The translations under genes and the position numbers were made by a program. DNA of 64,000 nucleotides from Marsupella aquatica (Eukaryota > Plantae > Marchantiophyta). The notes below the pieces were generated by a model. It saw only the letters and a list, made by a program, of their open reading frames with translations. It did not search any database and was not told the DNA's origin. The DNA lies in assembly GCA_973895155.1 (NCBI GenBank), contig OZ316893.1, positions 7,712,963 through 7,776,962 on the forward strand, in the 5' to 3' direction. Positions 12,666 to 27,300 of the stretch are shown here, piece after piece; positions within the stretch are counted from its first letter, which is position 1; every line of letters starts with the position of its first letter.

Positions 12666-14188
12666 AAATTAGGTGGAAGGGTTGCACTGAGGGTGTAATT
12701 GTTCTTTTGTGATTCATTTTTGTGTAGATTCAATTTCATATCCAAAGGTAGAATTGCTTCAGGGCGACATTGCAGTATTCCCGGAAAGTGTAATTCAGCT
12801 TTTACTAGCTGTTGTGATAGAAGGATATCGGTGACATTTCTAGGAGGTCCTGGGAATCAACCCATACACAACGATCGTGTTTTTGAGGATCTAATGATTG
12901 ATGTTAATGAGGGTAACTGGAATGTCTGCCATCAAGAAATTTCCTTCTCGTGACATCTGCCGTTTGAAAAGTGGTTTGGGGCCGAATTTATTGCAGCATT
13001 TTGGCATTGACGAGAAGATATTCCTTAGCTCAGGATGTGAAGGGTCCTAATCAACGTTCTAATGTGAGAGGCTCTTCTACTGGAATTTCTTGCACGGTGC
13101 CTTTTCAAATCACCGACGCCTTTTGAAGGTGCCTGCCTGCAATTGTAGCCCAGGCACCCCAGGTCTTTACCTTTCTTCCCGCTCCGGCTCGTCAGCGATT
13201 TCGAGATGAAATTCGGATCTGTCACACTAAATCAGTATAGCGTCACTTGTCCTCTATACTTAGCTGGATCTCCAATTGGACAATTTTCCGCTTGATATGC
13301 TGACGTTCAACTATTGATTCTTCATCTTGGCTCAACTTTAAGGTACTCAATCGTTTTTTAACTTCTGTTCTAGTTGATAACTGCCGCAACCTAAGGTAAA
13401 GCATAGGCTTAAAACTCATTCATTTTAACAAATTAGCAGGTTCTTCTTCTCATTTACTTTCAAAATCTCTTAAATTTTCGAGTAAATTGACGAAATGAGA
13501 CAAAAAGTTCGCTCTGACATTACAGAGTATCGCTCAGATCGGTTGAAATGGGAGATGAGAAACAGACGGGCTGTAAACGATGGTGACCTAGGATTTCACA
13601 CGGCAAGTTCAGCTAACAATTGTGTGATCTTCTTCCCTTGCCATCAGATTTCCCTGTCACCACCATGTTCAAGAGAAGATTTCCAAATTCTGAATGGCCC
13701 ACAGAAATGACCAAATGGCCGGCTTAGGTGGATAGTGGTATGGCAATGAGCTGCAAATGCAAATGGAGAAGCCATTAATTAGTATCCTTTGAGCATGGTG
13801 TCCAAGCCGTTGTATATACTTCGAACAGCATACAAAGACAGCCTAGTGAAAACAGATTCGTGAGGCCACGGAACGCTGTGGAAGCACAGAGCTCATTAAT
13901 TTCGATCCTTCTCGCCATGTCAGGGAGTGGGTGCCAGATTTTGCATCTACATCGAGCAGTACGTGAGGACCGCGTCGTTATCTGTACATTATGAGATGGT
14001 TGGAGAAATCAAAAGAATAGATTGATCCATGCACAAATGACAAATCCCGTTCAATCCTCTGAAATCTTCTCAACTAGACCATGTTGGAACATCTGAAGTA
14101 CAACGACAATTATCACGCGCTGATGAGCCTTCACCACCCAACACGTTCTAAAAGCCAGCTGACCATAACTAAGAAAGAGAGAAATTAC

Positions 14189-14248
14189 AGGGATGAGACA
14201 GAGATGGGGGAATCAGAGAGGGATGAGACAGAGATGGGGGAATCAGAG
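14189..14248. repeat. Perfect 30-bp tandem duplication
   Basis: AGGGATGAGACAGAGATGGGGGAATCAGAG x2. Confidence 0.9.
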
Positions 14249-15400
14249 TTGATCAAACATTACTCCTTAGAGGTACGATAATCTGCTAGTAACAGAAATT
14301 GTGGTACCAAATTGAAGCAGGGGATGGGAGGCCAACAATCCCAAAGCCCCAGAGGCTACATTCATTCGTTCATTCTAATTAGGGTGACAGAGAACTTCTG
14401 TTTATAGCAAGAGCACGTGCAAGCGGCAGAGCCGAGAGACGACATTCTTCACGGGAGATCAGAGAGCTCTTTTTCAGAATCTTCGATTACTCCCACCTTC
14501 TGTCTCCAAATCAAAAAGAGAAGGGCATATCACAATCGCTCGTCTGTAAATCAAGCAGACACAGGAGGTTCAAACATTCAAATGCTGATCAAATGCAGAG
14601 CATTTTCAGAGATAGTGCAGACCTGACAACAGTGTGACCAAAAAGCCGGCTGAATTGATGCTCCGGTTTAATCAGAGTTAAAATGATGCGAGTCTCACTG
14701 ATGAGTTGGATTGATGAGATATACGCTTCGAGATTCGCGTTGGCTTAAATGTGAGTAATTTGAAGTTTCCCAGCATGTCTTGTAACTTGCCCAAAAATCG
14801 CATATTTCAATTCAATTGGCTGGCGTCCCTTAGAATTCTGGAGACTCGGCTTCCAGCTGCCATTTTACCGTCAAACAAATCTGACATGTAATACCATGTG
14901 AGCATCGCAAATGTGGTACATGTTTCAACTGGAGAGTGTGAAGATCTGATGGAACTTCAGCCCAAAATGACCAGGTACCAGTCTACTCCATCAAATTAGG
15001 ATTCGATCAAATCTTCTCAGTTTTATACAGCTCATGGCTCCATTTAAAGTCACTAACTCAAATGCCGGGGAATGAAGGAGACTGCGGTACTCTGTTTCTG
15101 CAGCTTTCAAATTCGTTAGCTTAAGCGAGCTTTCTCCAGGGTTGACTTCTATGTGTTCACGAACTGCATATATTGTGGAATTGTTTTGACATGGGCAATT
15201 CTGATGGACAGGCCTTAACGATTCAAACTGAGCGTCCTTTACGATTTAAATGCTGTTATCAATAGTTCTTTTTGAACCTTGTGTTGGACATCCGGTGTGT
15301 GACCTTGAATTTTCTGGACTTCCTGCTAAAAACATAAGAGATCCTAAATACCCATGTCACTTGATAAGCGGAGGCAATTGATCCATATGGCTGACGACAA

Positions 15401-18400
15401 ATGCGTAACTCTGTCAAATTCCAGGTGATGTTTGCAGGAACAGAAAATAGGGAATTTCATTGTGCAAAATGTAAACGAAAGGAGGAGAAGAGACGATACT
15501 ATTGGGGAGAGGTACTGGGAATTCCTCCCATTGAGTGGCCAGCAAGGGAGCAAGATGACAACGATATCAGGAGTCAAGATGACTTGTTCCCAAACCCTGG
15601 AAGCGAAGTTCCACCTCCTGTCCTTCCGGAAGCTCGGCGATCGCTTGGGTTGTTTGCAGAAGACATGGAGGTTGAAGGTCTCCAAGAAAATGTGCCTAGC
15701 AAGACCAAAAGAAGGAAAAGAAAGAAGAAAAGAAAGCTTGGAAATCCAACCAAAGGGGGCAAAACTATGGGGTCAAGTGAGTCCTGGAGGAACTCATTGG
15801 CACAAAATTTGGGAGGCTTACAGGATGAGGAGTCCCACTCTAGTAGTTTTGGGTCTGATGATTGGTACAACTGGGAGGAGAATAACATAAGGGAAAATGT
15901 GCCATGGTGGGAGACTAAGTACAGTTGCCAAAGGTGTTCAGATCATCATGAGGCTCACAAGAAATGGAAACCCAAGATCCCAAAGAGCCCATATACAGCA
16001 AAGTTGTTCATGCATGCTAGAATGGTTATGAGAATGTTGCTGGCAAGAAAAGACAGCCTTGTTGACCCAAGCTTGGACATCCTTCTGAACAAGTGGTGGG
16101 AAGGGAAGAAGTCTTGTAAGAAATGTAAGAAACATCACGATTTGTCGGGGGATGAGTCAAGTACTTGTTCTAGTAGTCACATTAAGAAAGACATTGACAA
16201 GACCAATGCAATAACAGAACCAGAAGGTATTTGGATTCCTGCTTCAAATTCCCTCTACAAATAGAGAAGATTGAAATATAAATATGATCACAAGGCTTTG
16301 TCCAAATCAACACAACGTAGATGGAGATATTGCAAAGTTCACATTAAATCCATCCTTAAGCAACATACCTAGCTAACTAAAGGTAGAAAGCTTTGCAAAG
16401 CTATTTCTAAGAACTTTGGCTAAACAAGTCTCACAACTTTCAAAGTAACAGAAATTGCAGCTACAGTACTAGTATCTTGATATTAGTACTTAATGGCACA
16501 TTGCTAAGTAATGTTGTAACTTCATTCACTGAAACTGTCAGATGAATCAATAAAATTGCAAGTTTCTTACCATTACCTTTAGAAAATTGCATAATTTCAT
16601 ACATAAGTTCATGTTCAAAAACGTTTATATAGTAAAGCATACATGTAGTTGCAAACACCAAACTTTTGTTCAGTGGAATTCTAATTCACAATGACTAGTC
16701 TGAATTTTTACATATGTAAGTTCTGAATTTCAGTTATTGAAGTCTACTTCTACAACAATGTTTATGGACAAGAAAGCTTATGATGTTCAAAATGACTAAA
16801 AATTAACATCATCCTTGGAAATTGCAGGAGGAGCTCTCCAAATAGACACTGTGTCAACCTCCCTTCCAATACTCAATCCTAGCAATTCAAAAGGTTTGAT
16901 TGCTTGTAATTAAGATCATGCTAGTTGCTATTAAACAACCTGCAGTAATCTGTAAGTTGTGAATCTTGTAACTTGATCAGTCTTATTATAGAAACGTAAA
17001 ACTACCAGCTAGACACTTTCACAAACAGTAAAGCCTAAATTGACAAAGTAAAGTAACATAAACTACAGGCTAAGTATCTATCATTAACTGAAATTTGCAG
17101 GACTTCTTTGGACTGATTCTCTTCCACCTGCCAATCCTAGTAATCCCAAAGGTACATTGGTTATTTGTTTCTCTGTAGATATAGCACCTACAGTAAACAC
17201 TAGCTAGAGAATGTAGAATGATGTGAAAGTAAGAAATGATGAGTAAACAACTAGGCCATCTCTGGACATTGCTGGTCTTGCAGAAAATCCTGAGGTTGTC
17301 ACCCATCAAGCCAGAAATCCATCAGCAAGTAGTAGAAAAGGTATTGTGTTATATTCATCTGGCTTCGATACAACAGTTTATCACCCGGTTTGTGAATCAA
17401 AAGCATATGAGGACTAAGCTTCAACTCATTCCGACCTTTCTTTGTCCAGGAGAAACTCTCCTGGTTGACAGTCTACTTACAAGCAATCCAATTGACACAC
17501 AAGGTAACTAAGGTTTCAGTGTGGCTTACAGCTTGCATGCAGCTAGATTTGCATTGCCATGGATAACTAGATTTATTTGTTTATTATACATATGATATAT
17601 TCATAAATTTATTTTGACCCCGATTTTGATCTCATGTCACCACATACAGTCAACATTTCTGTATTTCTTTTAATTGTCCCTATCTTAGCCCATCAATTTT
17701 TAATAGTGTATGATTGGATGCTTTGAGTTTAATGCCATCTGTTTGACCTTAGTAACAATCAATCTACTAACTTACTAAGTACTGTAATAAATTGTGTTTG
17801 CAACACTTGCAAAAGAAGTTTGTATGGTTGTCTGGACCTAGACTTTTCTTCATCTTGTACTCTAAAACCTGGGCAAAGGTTGCAGCAAGGTGATGATAAA
17901 TTAAAAAAAACTTTGTAAAATAATTCATACCAAAATCTTCCAAGTTCTGACTGTAATGAATGTAGGGCTAGTGGAGTTCTAACCCATATGTTGATAAATT
18001 TGCAGACACAACTAACATATCACACGTTCTTTCACCATCAGAGAGATTTGTCAACAAGTGGAAAGAAAAAAACTTGTCCTTAAGGTGGTGGGAACCTGAA
18101 ACAAATTGTAAAAGGTGTACAAATCACCACAGAGAATTGAAGAATCAGCCCGTTTTAGGTGATGCAAAAGGCGATGCAGTTTTGGAGCTCCCAACAAAGG
18201 GTATCCATGATCTCACTTTGGAAGACATTTATCTGCCTCCAGGCCCTGGGTTTCTAGATTCTATTTTACCAATATTAGAAAATGATGCAAAAGTCAAGGC
18301 TACGTTGAAACCAATTAACACTACTAGGAAATTAGAGGCAAAACCAACTCTTCCATGCTCACTCCACTCAAAAACAATTCTTAAGGAGAGTAAAGAGAAA

Positions 18401-21400
18401 GGGGCTAGGGCATCCATCAAACCAGTGAAAGAGTCGTTACAATGGTGGGATGTAGACAAGAATTGTGAAAGGTGCTCCAATCACCACAAGGCACATAAAA
18501 AACCAAAAACCAAAACTTCAGAGGGAATGATAAAAGGAAGATCAAAACCCGGATCAAAATGGGGGCAGAAACTAAAGGACTGTGAAAAGTGTTTGCATCA
18601 CCATGTAGCAAGTGAAAAGTTCAATTCAACAGGTGTTTCTGAAGGTTTAGTGACTTGGAAGAAAGATCAAACAAGAAGGTCTGGGACGGAAAACTCCTGC
18701 ATGACTGGAAACAATGTCATGAGTTCTCAAGCAAGACCTAAGGTTGGAATTATCAATAATTGTTCCCTGCCTGATTAATTACCAACCAAACTAGTGACAA
18801 AACATAATTACACAAATCTTAAGACTAACATAAGAAATAACTAAGACTACCTTGCTTAAGACGCTCATTAACACCAGAACGTCAAGTAAGATTATTTTCA
18901 TTGTAAATTAATTTTCAGAATGTAATTCTAACACAGCCAATGTTCTGCAGGTGATTCAACCCTCAACCATGAATCCAATTCTCAATGAGTTTCCATGTGA
19001 TTTAACGGTTGTAAGGGAGGTAGAACAAAACTTTGCGACATCATCAACTAGCACAACAGTATCATCAAGGGAATATCAAAACTTTGGGTCAACAACTGGA
19101 GACCTCAAATCAGAAGTTGAAACAAACAGGACAGATTGTTCAAAACCCAATGAAGGAGTTGTGGGGAGTATTCAAACTACATTAATGGAGGGCATGCACA
19201 AATTGGACAGAAACCTGGTCAGCTCATATTCTGAAACCTGCCCCAACCTTATTCGTGAAATTGGGGTACAAACTTTGCCGGTCCAATTCAGCGACAAGCC
19301 AAGACCCTTCCCTTTATCTCAAAGGGAACATGTAGAACAAAAGTTAAAGAACCCATGGGCAGAGTTGCAAGCTCCCACACCACAAGGAGAATTGCAAAAG
19401 TTGCGTGCCAAAGAACATGAGGAGAGCCAAAAAAAGAGTCTACTAGAAAAGGAATTGAAGAGAATGGAGAGAATTAGACTGTTGTCTATGGAAGCTCAAG
19501 AAAAGAAAATTAAAGAAGCCTTGAATCGAGCCCCACGCATTGCGCCTATGGGTTATAGATGGAGGGAGAGCTTTAAGAAAGGAGACGATTCCACATCAGA
19601 ATCCTCAAAGTCTTCAAAACAATTACATAAGAAGGAATTCAATGTTTTGGGAAAGGGGCGGGATCGACCAATCACGCCTCCCTTTGTAAAAGATTCAAAC
19701 TCCCCTAATGAAACACCCAAAAGAGCCTACTTGAGGAGAAAAAGGGAATTAATAAAGAAAATAATGCCAAAAGGCCCTTCTCAACATCGTGACATAAGGA
19801 GGCCTAAGGGTGAGCATAGATCTGAACCTAGGACTGATAGTAGGGAACAAAATGACAGCCCTCTAAATCTCTCTGAATTACCAAGGACAAGCAAAGATGA
19901 TTGGAACAAAGATCATCATGCAACCATATCAAAAGTTCAGGAAGATCATGCATCCATTCACTTAAATGGAGATGGTCCAATTCCAAAACTGGAAGGTGCA
20001 CCTCTCAGCACTTGGCTTACTCACTTGATAAATGTTGAAGAAAGAGTCTTAGGATGTGAGAAATCATGTTCAGCTCAAGGTTCAATAGTATCAAATTCAT
20101 CAATTCTTCAAGTTTGCCTAAACCTTGTCATTGAAGGATTGCTTAGCCAAAAAATATCTAGGACGCCCAAGAGCAGCAATGTATCATAGTGTATCTGAGA
20201 ATATTATAATTATTGTTGGGCCTCCATATGTACCTTGTTCTGATTGCTGGTACATATATAAGTCTTGTTTAATAGGTCGGGCCTGCTGACAGAATTAGAA
20301 AGCCTTTGTGGCTGGCTTTAATCCAAAATAACAACTGGAAAAGCTGGGATTTCCAGTTAAAGTCTTTTGGGGTCAAAACTAAACTTGGCTTCCACTATTT
20401 TCCATACCTGCCATAAATCAATAATAAAAAGCCAAGTATATAGAATTTCTTCTTTATTAGAACTTTAATACATATCCCAAAAACCTGCAAGCTAGTACGT
20501 TTGTCAGCAGACTCAGCTTTAAAAGCACCATATTCCTTCGATCAAAACTATTTTTTCCCATCAAGGCATCAGCATGTTTTTGTTTAAGACTTTGCATATT
20601 TATGGATTCCTTGACATGACGTCAAATTAGTTGGACTAGAAATACGTCAATAAAATGTACTGTTTTCTCATGCATCAAAATCCATTATAACTAATTAGTA
20701 GAGAAGTTGCACACCTAGGGCTAGGGTTTTCCTACAGTACTGTAGCTAGAATTGGGATTCATATGTAGAAGTCTCATATACCCACATCCTCAGTCCTTAT
20801 AAAAAGCATAGAAGACGGCAGTCAAAAAATGTTCAATTTTATGCTTTAGAAAATTGATCAAATTCAGTTCCTTGATGTAAGTTATTAGCATTTTGAGTCT
20901 GTATCTTATTAATTGCTCTAATCTCAGAATAAATATAAGGAGCTCACAGTTGTAGTACACTTTCCTTTATTAAAATAACCTTCTGAATACAAATGATGGG
21001 TGTGCAAATTAAGGCTTAATATAGGGTTTAGGGTAAACCCTAGTAACTAAGTAAACTTCATTTAATATGAATGTGTGCCCATGTTAGGCGATGCACTTTT
21101 ATTAGTACAAGAAAACATTTGAATTTTAAATTGAATGTCAGTTGTCTGATAAATTGCTGGGAATTGAATTATAGTTAATTACCCGGTTAATTACTAATTG
21201 CAACACCAAATGATACAGGGCTAGGGTCCCAGGCACATTCAATCTCACAAAACCCTCAAAGCAGCACTACAAACAATGACACTAATTAACTGATTGCAAG
21301 ATTCCTCAATGATCAACTTTAAGTGACAATTGAGCGCGCTAATATGTTGATCATGTTAATAATCCCTGAAGACCCAAGAAAGATTAATCTGGTCCATACC

Positions 21401-22759
21401 TATGATAACCTACATTGCTATAAAAATGGTCAATGCACGTGTTCAATACAGGTCTCCCCTAGTTACAGTTACAATTATAGTACTAAAAGTGTGCAATTGT
21501 TAGTTTGCATTATTTAAAATATATAATTATTTGCTAATCATAGCTAAAAGATACTACTGCTGAGTGAGTGATATACTTATATCAAACCATAGATGCAACA
21601 TAATTACGGTAAGTTTCCCTTTTTCCCTCCTGGATTTCTTGCGTGACTGTGGTGCTCTGGGGGCGATCACATTCCAAACTCCAACATCATGTGAGAACAA
21701 AGTAAGGGGTGTTTTGTTCACCTGAGGGAAGTAATTAGAAGTGGGAGAAAGTAAGTGAGGGGGTAACCATTCAAAAAAATGCCACATGTCATCACATGGT
21801 TCATTACTTTGTACATAGATCATTTATTGACATCTTTACCATAAATCATTTATTGACAGATGGCAAATCATGGCAAATGATGAATCATGAGATGTCAAAA
21901 CATTTGTTGGCTGATATATATAAAACCTCTTCAATACAGTGATCATATATAATTATAGTGTTAGTTTTGGTCAAGCTCTTAATTTATTAGGATAATATGG
22001 CGAATGCTCTTAGTAAATGGCTACCACAAAGCTTTTAAGCTATACAATATGAAACAAAATGACATATTGACCAGTGAACTACACAATATTAATTTGAAAC
22101 CAAATGAATCCATTTAATCCTGAGAATCAAAAGCATGCTATTGACATTCTCTATGGTATGTATCAGGTTTCCTCCCTGGACCAAATGAACCTGCAAATGA
22201 ATCCAAAATAGATGTTGCAACTCTCCCAATTGTACAAAACCAGTCAAAAGTTGTAGGAACTTGTCAACCTGGACCAAATGACTCAACAGATGCTCTAGAT
22301 AAAGCTCACCCACCCAAAGGAGAGTCATGCTTTATGCCTATTACGCAGTGCATGAAATGTTTGCAAAATCACGAAAGATGCACCAAAAAGAGTAAACATC
22401 ACGTATATATCCCCAGGCTTGATTTACAAAAAGTAAGGGATGCACAGAAACTTGAAGACGATGTTCTTATGGAAACTCCTGCTTCTTATGGTGGGTGTTT
22501 TGGCCCTACCAAAAGAAATGTTAAGAGAAAGCGTTGCATAGATCCAGATAGAGACATATCATCCAGTTCTTTGAGCTCAAGTACCGTAGAATCCGGGACT
22601 TCTACAAGAGAGGAAAACAAACTGGTAAATGAAGAAAGAGATGGTAGGAAGCACAAAGGTTTGGGCCCTGACGGCCGCTCAAAACACGCTAGAAAAACCA
22701 AGGGTTCTCGAGCACTATTGGAGCAAGCCCGAACGAAGTTGAGCTTTTGTCACCTTTAG
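15401..22759 (+). CDS. Multi-exon gene of unknown function with repeated WW-x6-CxxCxxHH putative zinc-binding motifs (start and end uncertain)
   Basis: Phase-consistent GT-AG exon chain: about 15401-16226, 16828-16893, 17101-17151, 17284-17340, 17450-17503, 18006-18742, 18951-about 20079, 22167-about 22759. Motif copies WWETKYSCQRCSDHH, WWEGKKSCKKCKKHH, WWEPETNCKRCTNHH, WWDVDKNCERCSNHH, WGQKLKDCEKCLHHH and degenerate CMKCLQNH. Confidence 0.65.
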
Positions 22760-24338
22760 TTTTGACGAATGAGGTGTAATTTGCTGGAAGGTAACGTCTA
22801 CCTTGTGTTTCTATCTAAGATGTTTGGCGACATGTTGGGACTATCTGAGAAGAAGAGTGATTCCTGAAGAAGACCAAAAGTAGTAAGTTTAGTCAAGCCT
22901 TCAGTCACTGGTAGCTTATCAGAGAGAACCATCGAGGAAATGCAGCTGGAGCTCCGATGGCTAAGCTGGCACCCATCTCGCAAGGTTTTGAGTCTGGTCT
23001 GAGATAAATATATTCAGCAGTTCTGGTCCCATTAGACATCGTCGCAATCAAGCCGGGAGCTATCATTCCTGCGGGGCGCGTTTTCTGTAAGGGGATCCAC
23101 GTACTCGAGGTTAATTTATCAGAGTGCTTTGACGGGAGAGTCTCGTCATGCCAATATGGCCCTGCAGGTGATGGTGTCTACTCCGGATCCACTGCCAAGA
23201 AGGGAGAACTCGAAGCTGCAGTCAGTGGCACTGCGGAGGATACATTCTTCTGGTTGACAACACCAATTAACTACGAGGAGTATTTCCAGTGTGTGTTGCG
23301 GGGGCCATCGGAGGAGGTCCAACGATCGCTATGCCCCACAGTCCTGTCAGGGACGATGGCAATAGTCAAGGAAGATGGCGATAGTCACAGGGGAAATTAC
23401 TTGTCAAAGAACGCTGCGCTAATTCATTCCCCGCCACGGGTGGTGTCTTTCCCCGATCTTACGTGCTCAAGGTGATCAAGGTGAGGTCCTTGAAGGATGC
23501 CCACATGCAACCAACAAGTTTCGGTGCTCTGGAGATTTGCCACCTGTTCAAGCAGCTGGACTTACCTCGAACGCGCGTCCTGGGAATCTGCTTCTGTGAC
23601 TGCGCCATTTCATCGCACAAATGATTGCCACTTTTTCGGCTATCGACGCGATCGACTGGGGCTTTGTTAAAAATTGCACCCTTGGGATGAATGGGGCTGG
23701 GCCGGGTGACGGGCAGCATCACCTAAGTACGTGTTCTCCATCTATTTGATAAAGTTTGCAGCTCTTAAAGGCATCGATAAGAGCACTGCCTCGTCCGTGG
23801 GGCAGGTCGATGTGCCTAAGGCTCGAACACGGATGTCATAGTCCCCAACCTTTAAAGCTCAGTGCATTGATTAAAGTTGACATGGGTCTAGTCAGATCGA
23901 AGCGAGAGGAACCAAAATCTTGATTGATGTAAGTTTAATTTGGTATTCCACTGTCTGCAATTGAGAAATCCAGTCGTGTTCTTCGCCTCGTCATCAAATT
24001 GGCAAATTCATGTGGCGGATTTTTGGTTTTTGAGGTTATGCCAAACTTTGAATCATTTAATTTTTTCTCGGAATAAATAACGAAATTAAATCAATCAGTG
24101 ATATTGTATTCAAACAGTGCAAGGACTCAGTAGGTAGAACAAAAAAGTTTTGACATGTCTAAAATGTCATGAGATTGAACATCCTTCCCTCTTGCTTAGC
24201 TAGGAGTGAGGTCTCTTTCCTGTTCCTCTGACTGATTGAGGAATCGATCAGGAGAAATTTGCCTATACATGTGCACCCTCATAATCCAACTAATCTCACA
24301 ACTAATATACTGAAGTACGTCCATCCTATACACAGTAC

Positions 24339-27300
24339 TCAAGCCAAATACATTAACCTATTTGGATCTTCCGGGTCCCTTTCTAAGTACTCGCGATCAA
24401 TCAGGTCTTCAATACGCCTCTTGATGAGCTTCGGATCGGGCTGATTCAAGCATAGCACATTGATTTTATGTTAGTAAACAAGATGTCCATTGGACCTTTG
24501 CGTGACATAGCTAGGATTACAGAATCTTTCCATATGCATGTGTAGACTCAGGTTCAAGTACCCATGCATATGTCTAAGCGCGGCTAAGAATCTACCACGA
24601 GTTTTGGGTGTATCGATTCTAGCTAGTGAAATCTTTCCTTGACTTTCGAGGTTTAAATTCTAGTGAAATATTTACTTGACTTTCAGTCCTAGTATACAGT
24701 TACCAAATACATGCGTGCATGGCTGATTCAATTCAGTCAAACCTGGAATTTCAGGCCTAATTAATAACTAAACACATCTTACTTATAAAGCCAGAAGGAG
24801 AAGCTAGAGTCAGGGTCTAGCTAGGTTTTTATAGTGAAGTCTTTAGAGGGTGACTCTAAGGCCCCTCCAAAGTATATATGCGAGTAAGTACGTATATTAT
24901 GTATGAGGAATATATTTTGTTACATTGTATTGTTCTCTCCTCTCACGTTCAGACGGATAGTAGGGGATAGTTTGGCATAGAAATGCAAGTTCTTTACACA
25001 CATAGCCTCAGGGTCGATCAAGTACACTTGCTAGGACTAAATGTATATCCTCTAGACTTTTTGACTTCATAGAGATTCTAGTGAATTCTTACCTTGAATT
25101 TCACTCTTAGTTGCTCAACAGCTTCAAGAACCAGCTGTTGGTAATATATAATTTTCCGGCGTTTCAATATTCTGACGATAGAAGCATCAATAAAACTGCG
25201 CCTGTCTTCCTCTACGGCTTGAATCACTTTCTTGTTTTCATCCAGAGGTGGAAGAGAGATCTGCTCACAGGAAATTAAACGGGAATTAAAGCAACATTTT
25301 ATTAGAACATATAATCTCAGAGTACATAACTAAGATGCAAGCCTAAGAGTAGTCTATTGAGTTTGAGAAGATTAATAATGACATGTTATAATGGCATGTC
25401 TGGACTCACTGACTTGGAATATCAGATGTTTAGGAATATTAGGAATCTCAAACGAAATTAAGAATCTAGCAAGAAAATAAGGGCATATCCAGACTCACAA
25501 ACCTTAATGCGCGTAGTCGTGGCTGAAAAATTAGTATTGAAAGCGAAGTGATCCGATGGGATTACTCTCTCTGTACGTGGATACTTGACTAGAATTTCGT
25601 GTTTGGCACAGGCTAGAGAATGTAACAATCTGACAATTTCGTCATCTGCCAGATTCAATCTCCTCTTGATATCTGCATAGCTGAGCCCGTCGGCCTCATT
25701 GAATAGAAGTAGGACAGCAGCCTGAATGAAAGTGAGCTGATGTTAGCTATGATCGATGGGAAGACTCTTACTAGCATTATTCAATTGGGAAATGATACCT
25801 GGAAAAACTAGCTAGATGAGATCGACTTGAGAGATTTAAAAACATTAAACCTAATCAAGTGAGAAATGGTAACCAGGAAAAAACCCATGAGACATGATAG
25901 ATTTTCATTTATTCATCATTCATTCATGCTTTCTTGATTCTCATTTTCATTCATCAAGGCAAACTGCTTACAAAAGGAAATTCCATATAGCATAAGAAAG
26001 CATTTTTCTAGATCAAGGATGAAGAAGTACCTGATATGGTGTCACTACAAGTTCATACTTAGTGCTTAAAAGAACTTCTATCAAACATGTTCCCAAATTG
26101 TGTATCCATATCAATTTCCTGGACACCTGCTTAGCTTTGTAGAACTCTTCGTAAACCTCAAGACATTTCACCTGAAATGAGATGATCGACCTTTAGTCTG
26201 CTGATATATGCAGTAGCAATGTTAATTTGATAGATATCTAGCTAAAACACGTGCTTTCATCTGAACACCACAATATTTTCGGTTAGCTAGCTACTAGTAA
26301 TTCAGAAAACCATTCTCTTGTATTTTCAACAATATATAATAGCAAAAGTCATAATTATGAGGAAGGTTAACAGTGCTCTACCATTTCAGGGGGAAACACT
26401 AGGTCTGAAGATCTGTATGTAGGCCACGATGATTTTTTGAGTACCCTCACTGATAGGTCAGTTCCTTGGTTCGATGCTGGGTTGTGCTTTAGGTAATCGT
26501 GGAAGGCAATTTTGTTTTCGGTTGCTAGTTGCAGGTCGTTTATCTGAGAAAAAGCAATTTGATTAGCAGATAAAAATTTAAAAAAAAAGCAAAATCTACC
26601 TGAAAGTGATAAGTTTAAAGAAGCGAATATAATCGCAATTAGTTCATGCACCCAATGTGATGCCTAAAAGTCTACAAACTCACTTGAATTCAGAAGGAAC
26701 TTACCATGCCTTCCAATTTTGATGTAAACTGAGACCCACACTCCTGCTTTAACTTTCTAATCATGCTTGGCTCATGACCTCCAGTTAAATTTTTGTTAAG
26801 GAGAAGTCTACGAGCGAGCTTTGTCCTGGGAAATCCAGGAAAGATGAAAGGAAGATCAAGATCCAGTGATGTAGGGAAGGCAGAGAAATATTTCCTTGAG
26901 AAATTAAGCAAATTCTACTTAAACCAAAATCAGAATGAACACAAAATTTTGAAGGAAACCATGTAGAGTCCTTAATTAAAATCTTTTAAACGGTGCACAA
27001 TTCATGTAAAATAGAGAGGAATATAGGTTAAAGAATAGACTACCTGTAAACTTCCTCAAATATATCTTTCTGATGAATATAGGCAAGGACTTTTACAACC
27101 TGGAAAGTTAGCCATGACCCAAGCTATATAATTAGGAGGTAGTTGGGTTGGATCGAACAGGGTTAAGTGGGACATGGAGATGCATGAGGAGTTAAAAAAA
27201 CAGACATTAGAATTTACACAACAATGTTTGAATACGATGTCTGATAAACACTTTACTGCAAACTTTCGAATTGGATTCTTGAAAGGTTCCATCGATCCAA

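Noticed and set aside
21021-21043. Telomere-like TAGGGTTTAGGGTAAACCCTAG
   Set aside because: Only 2-3 units inside an intron; too short for an interstitial telomere call.
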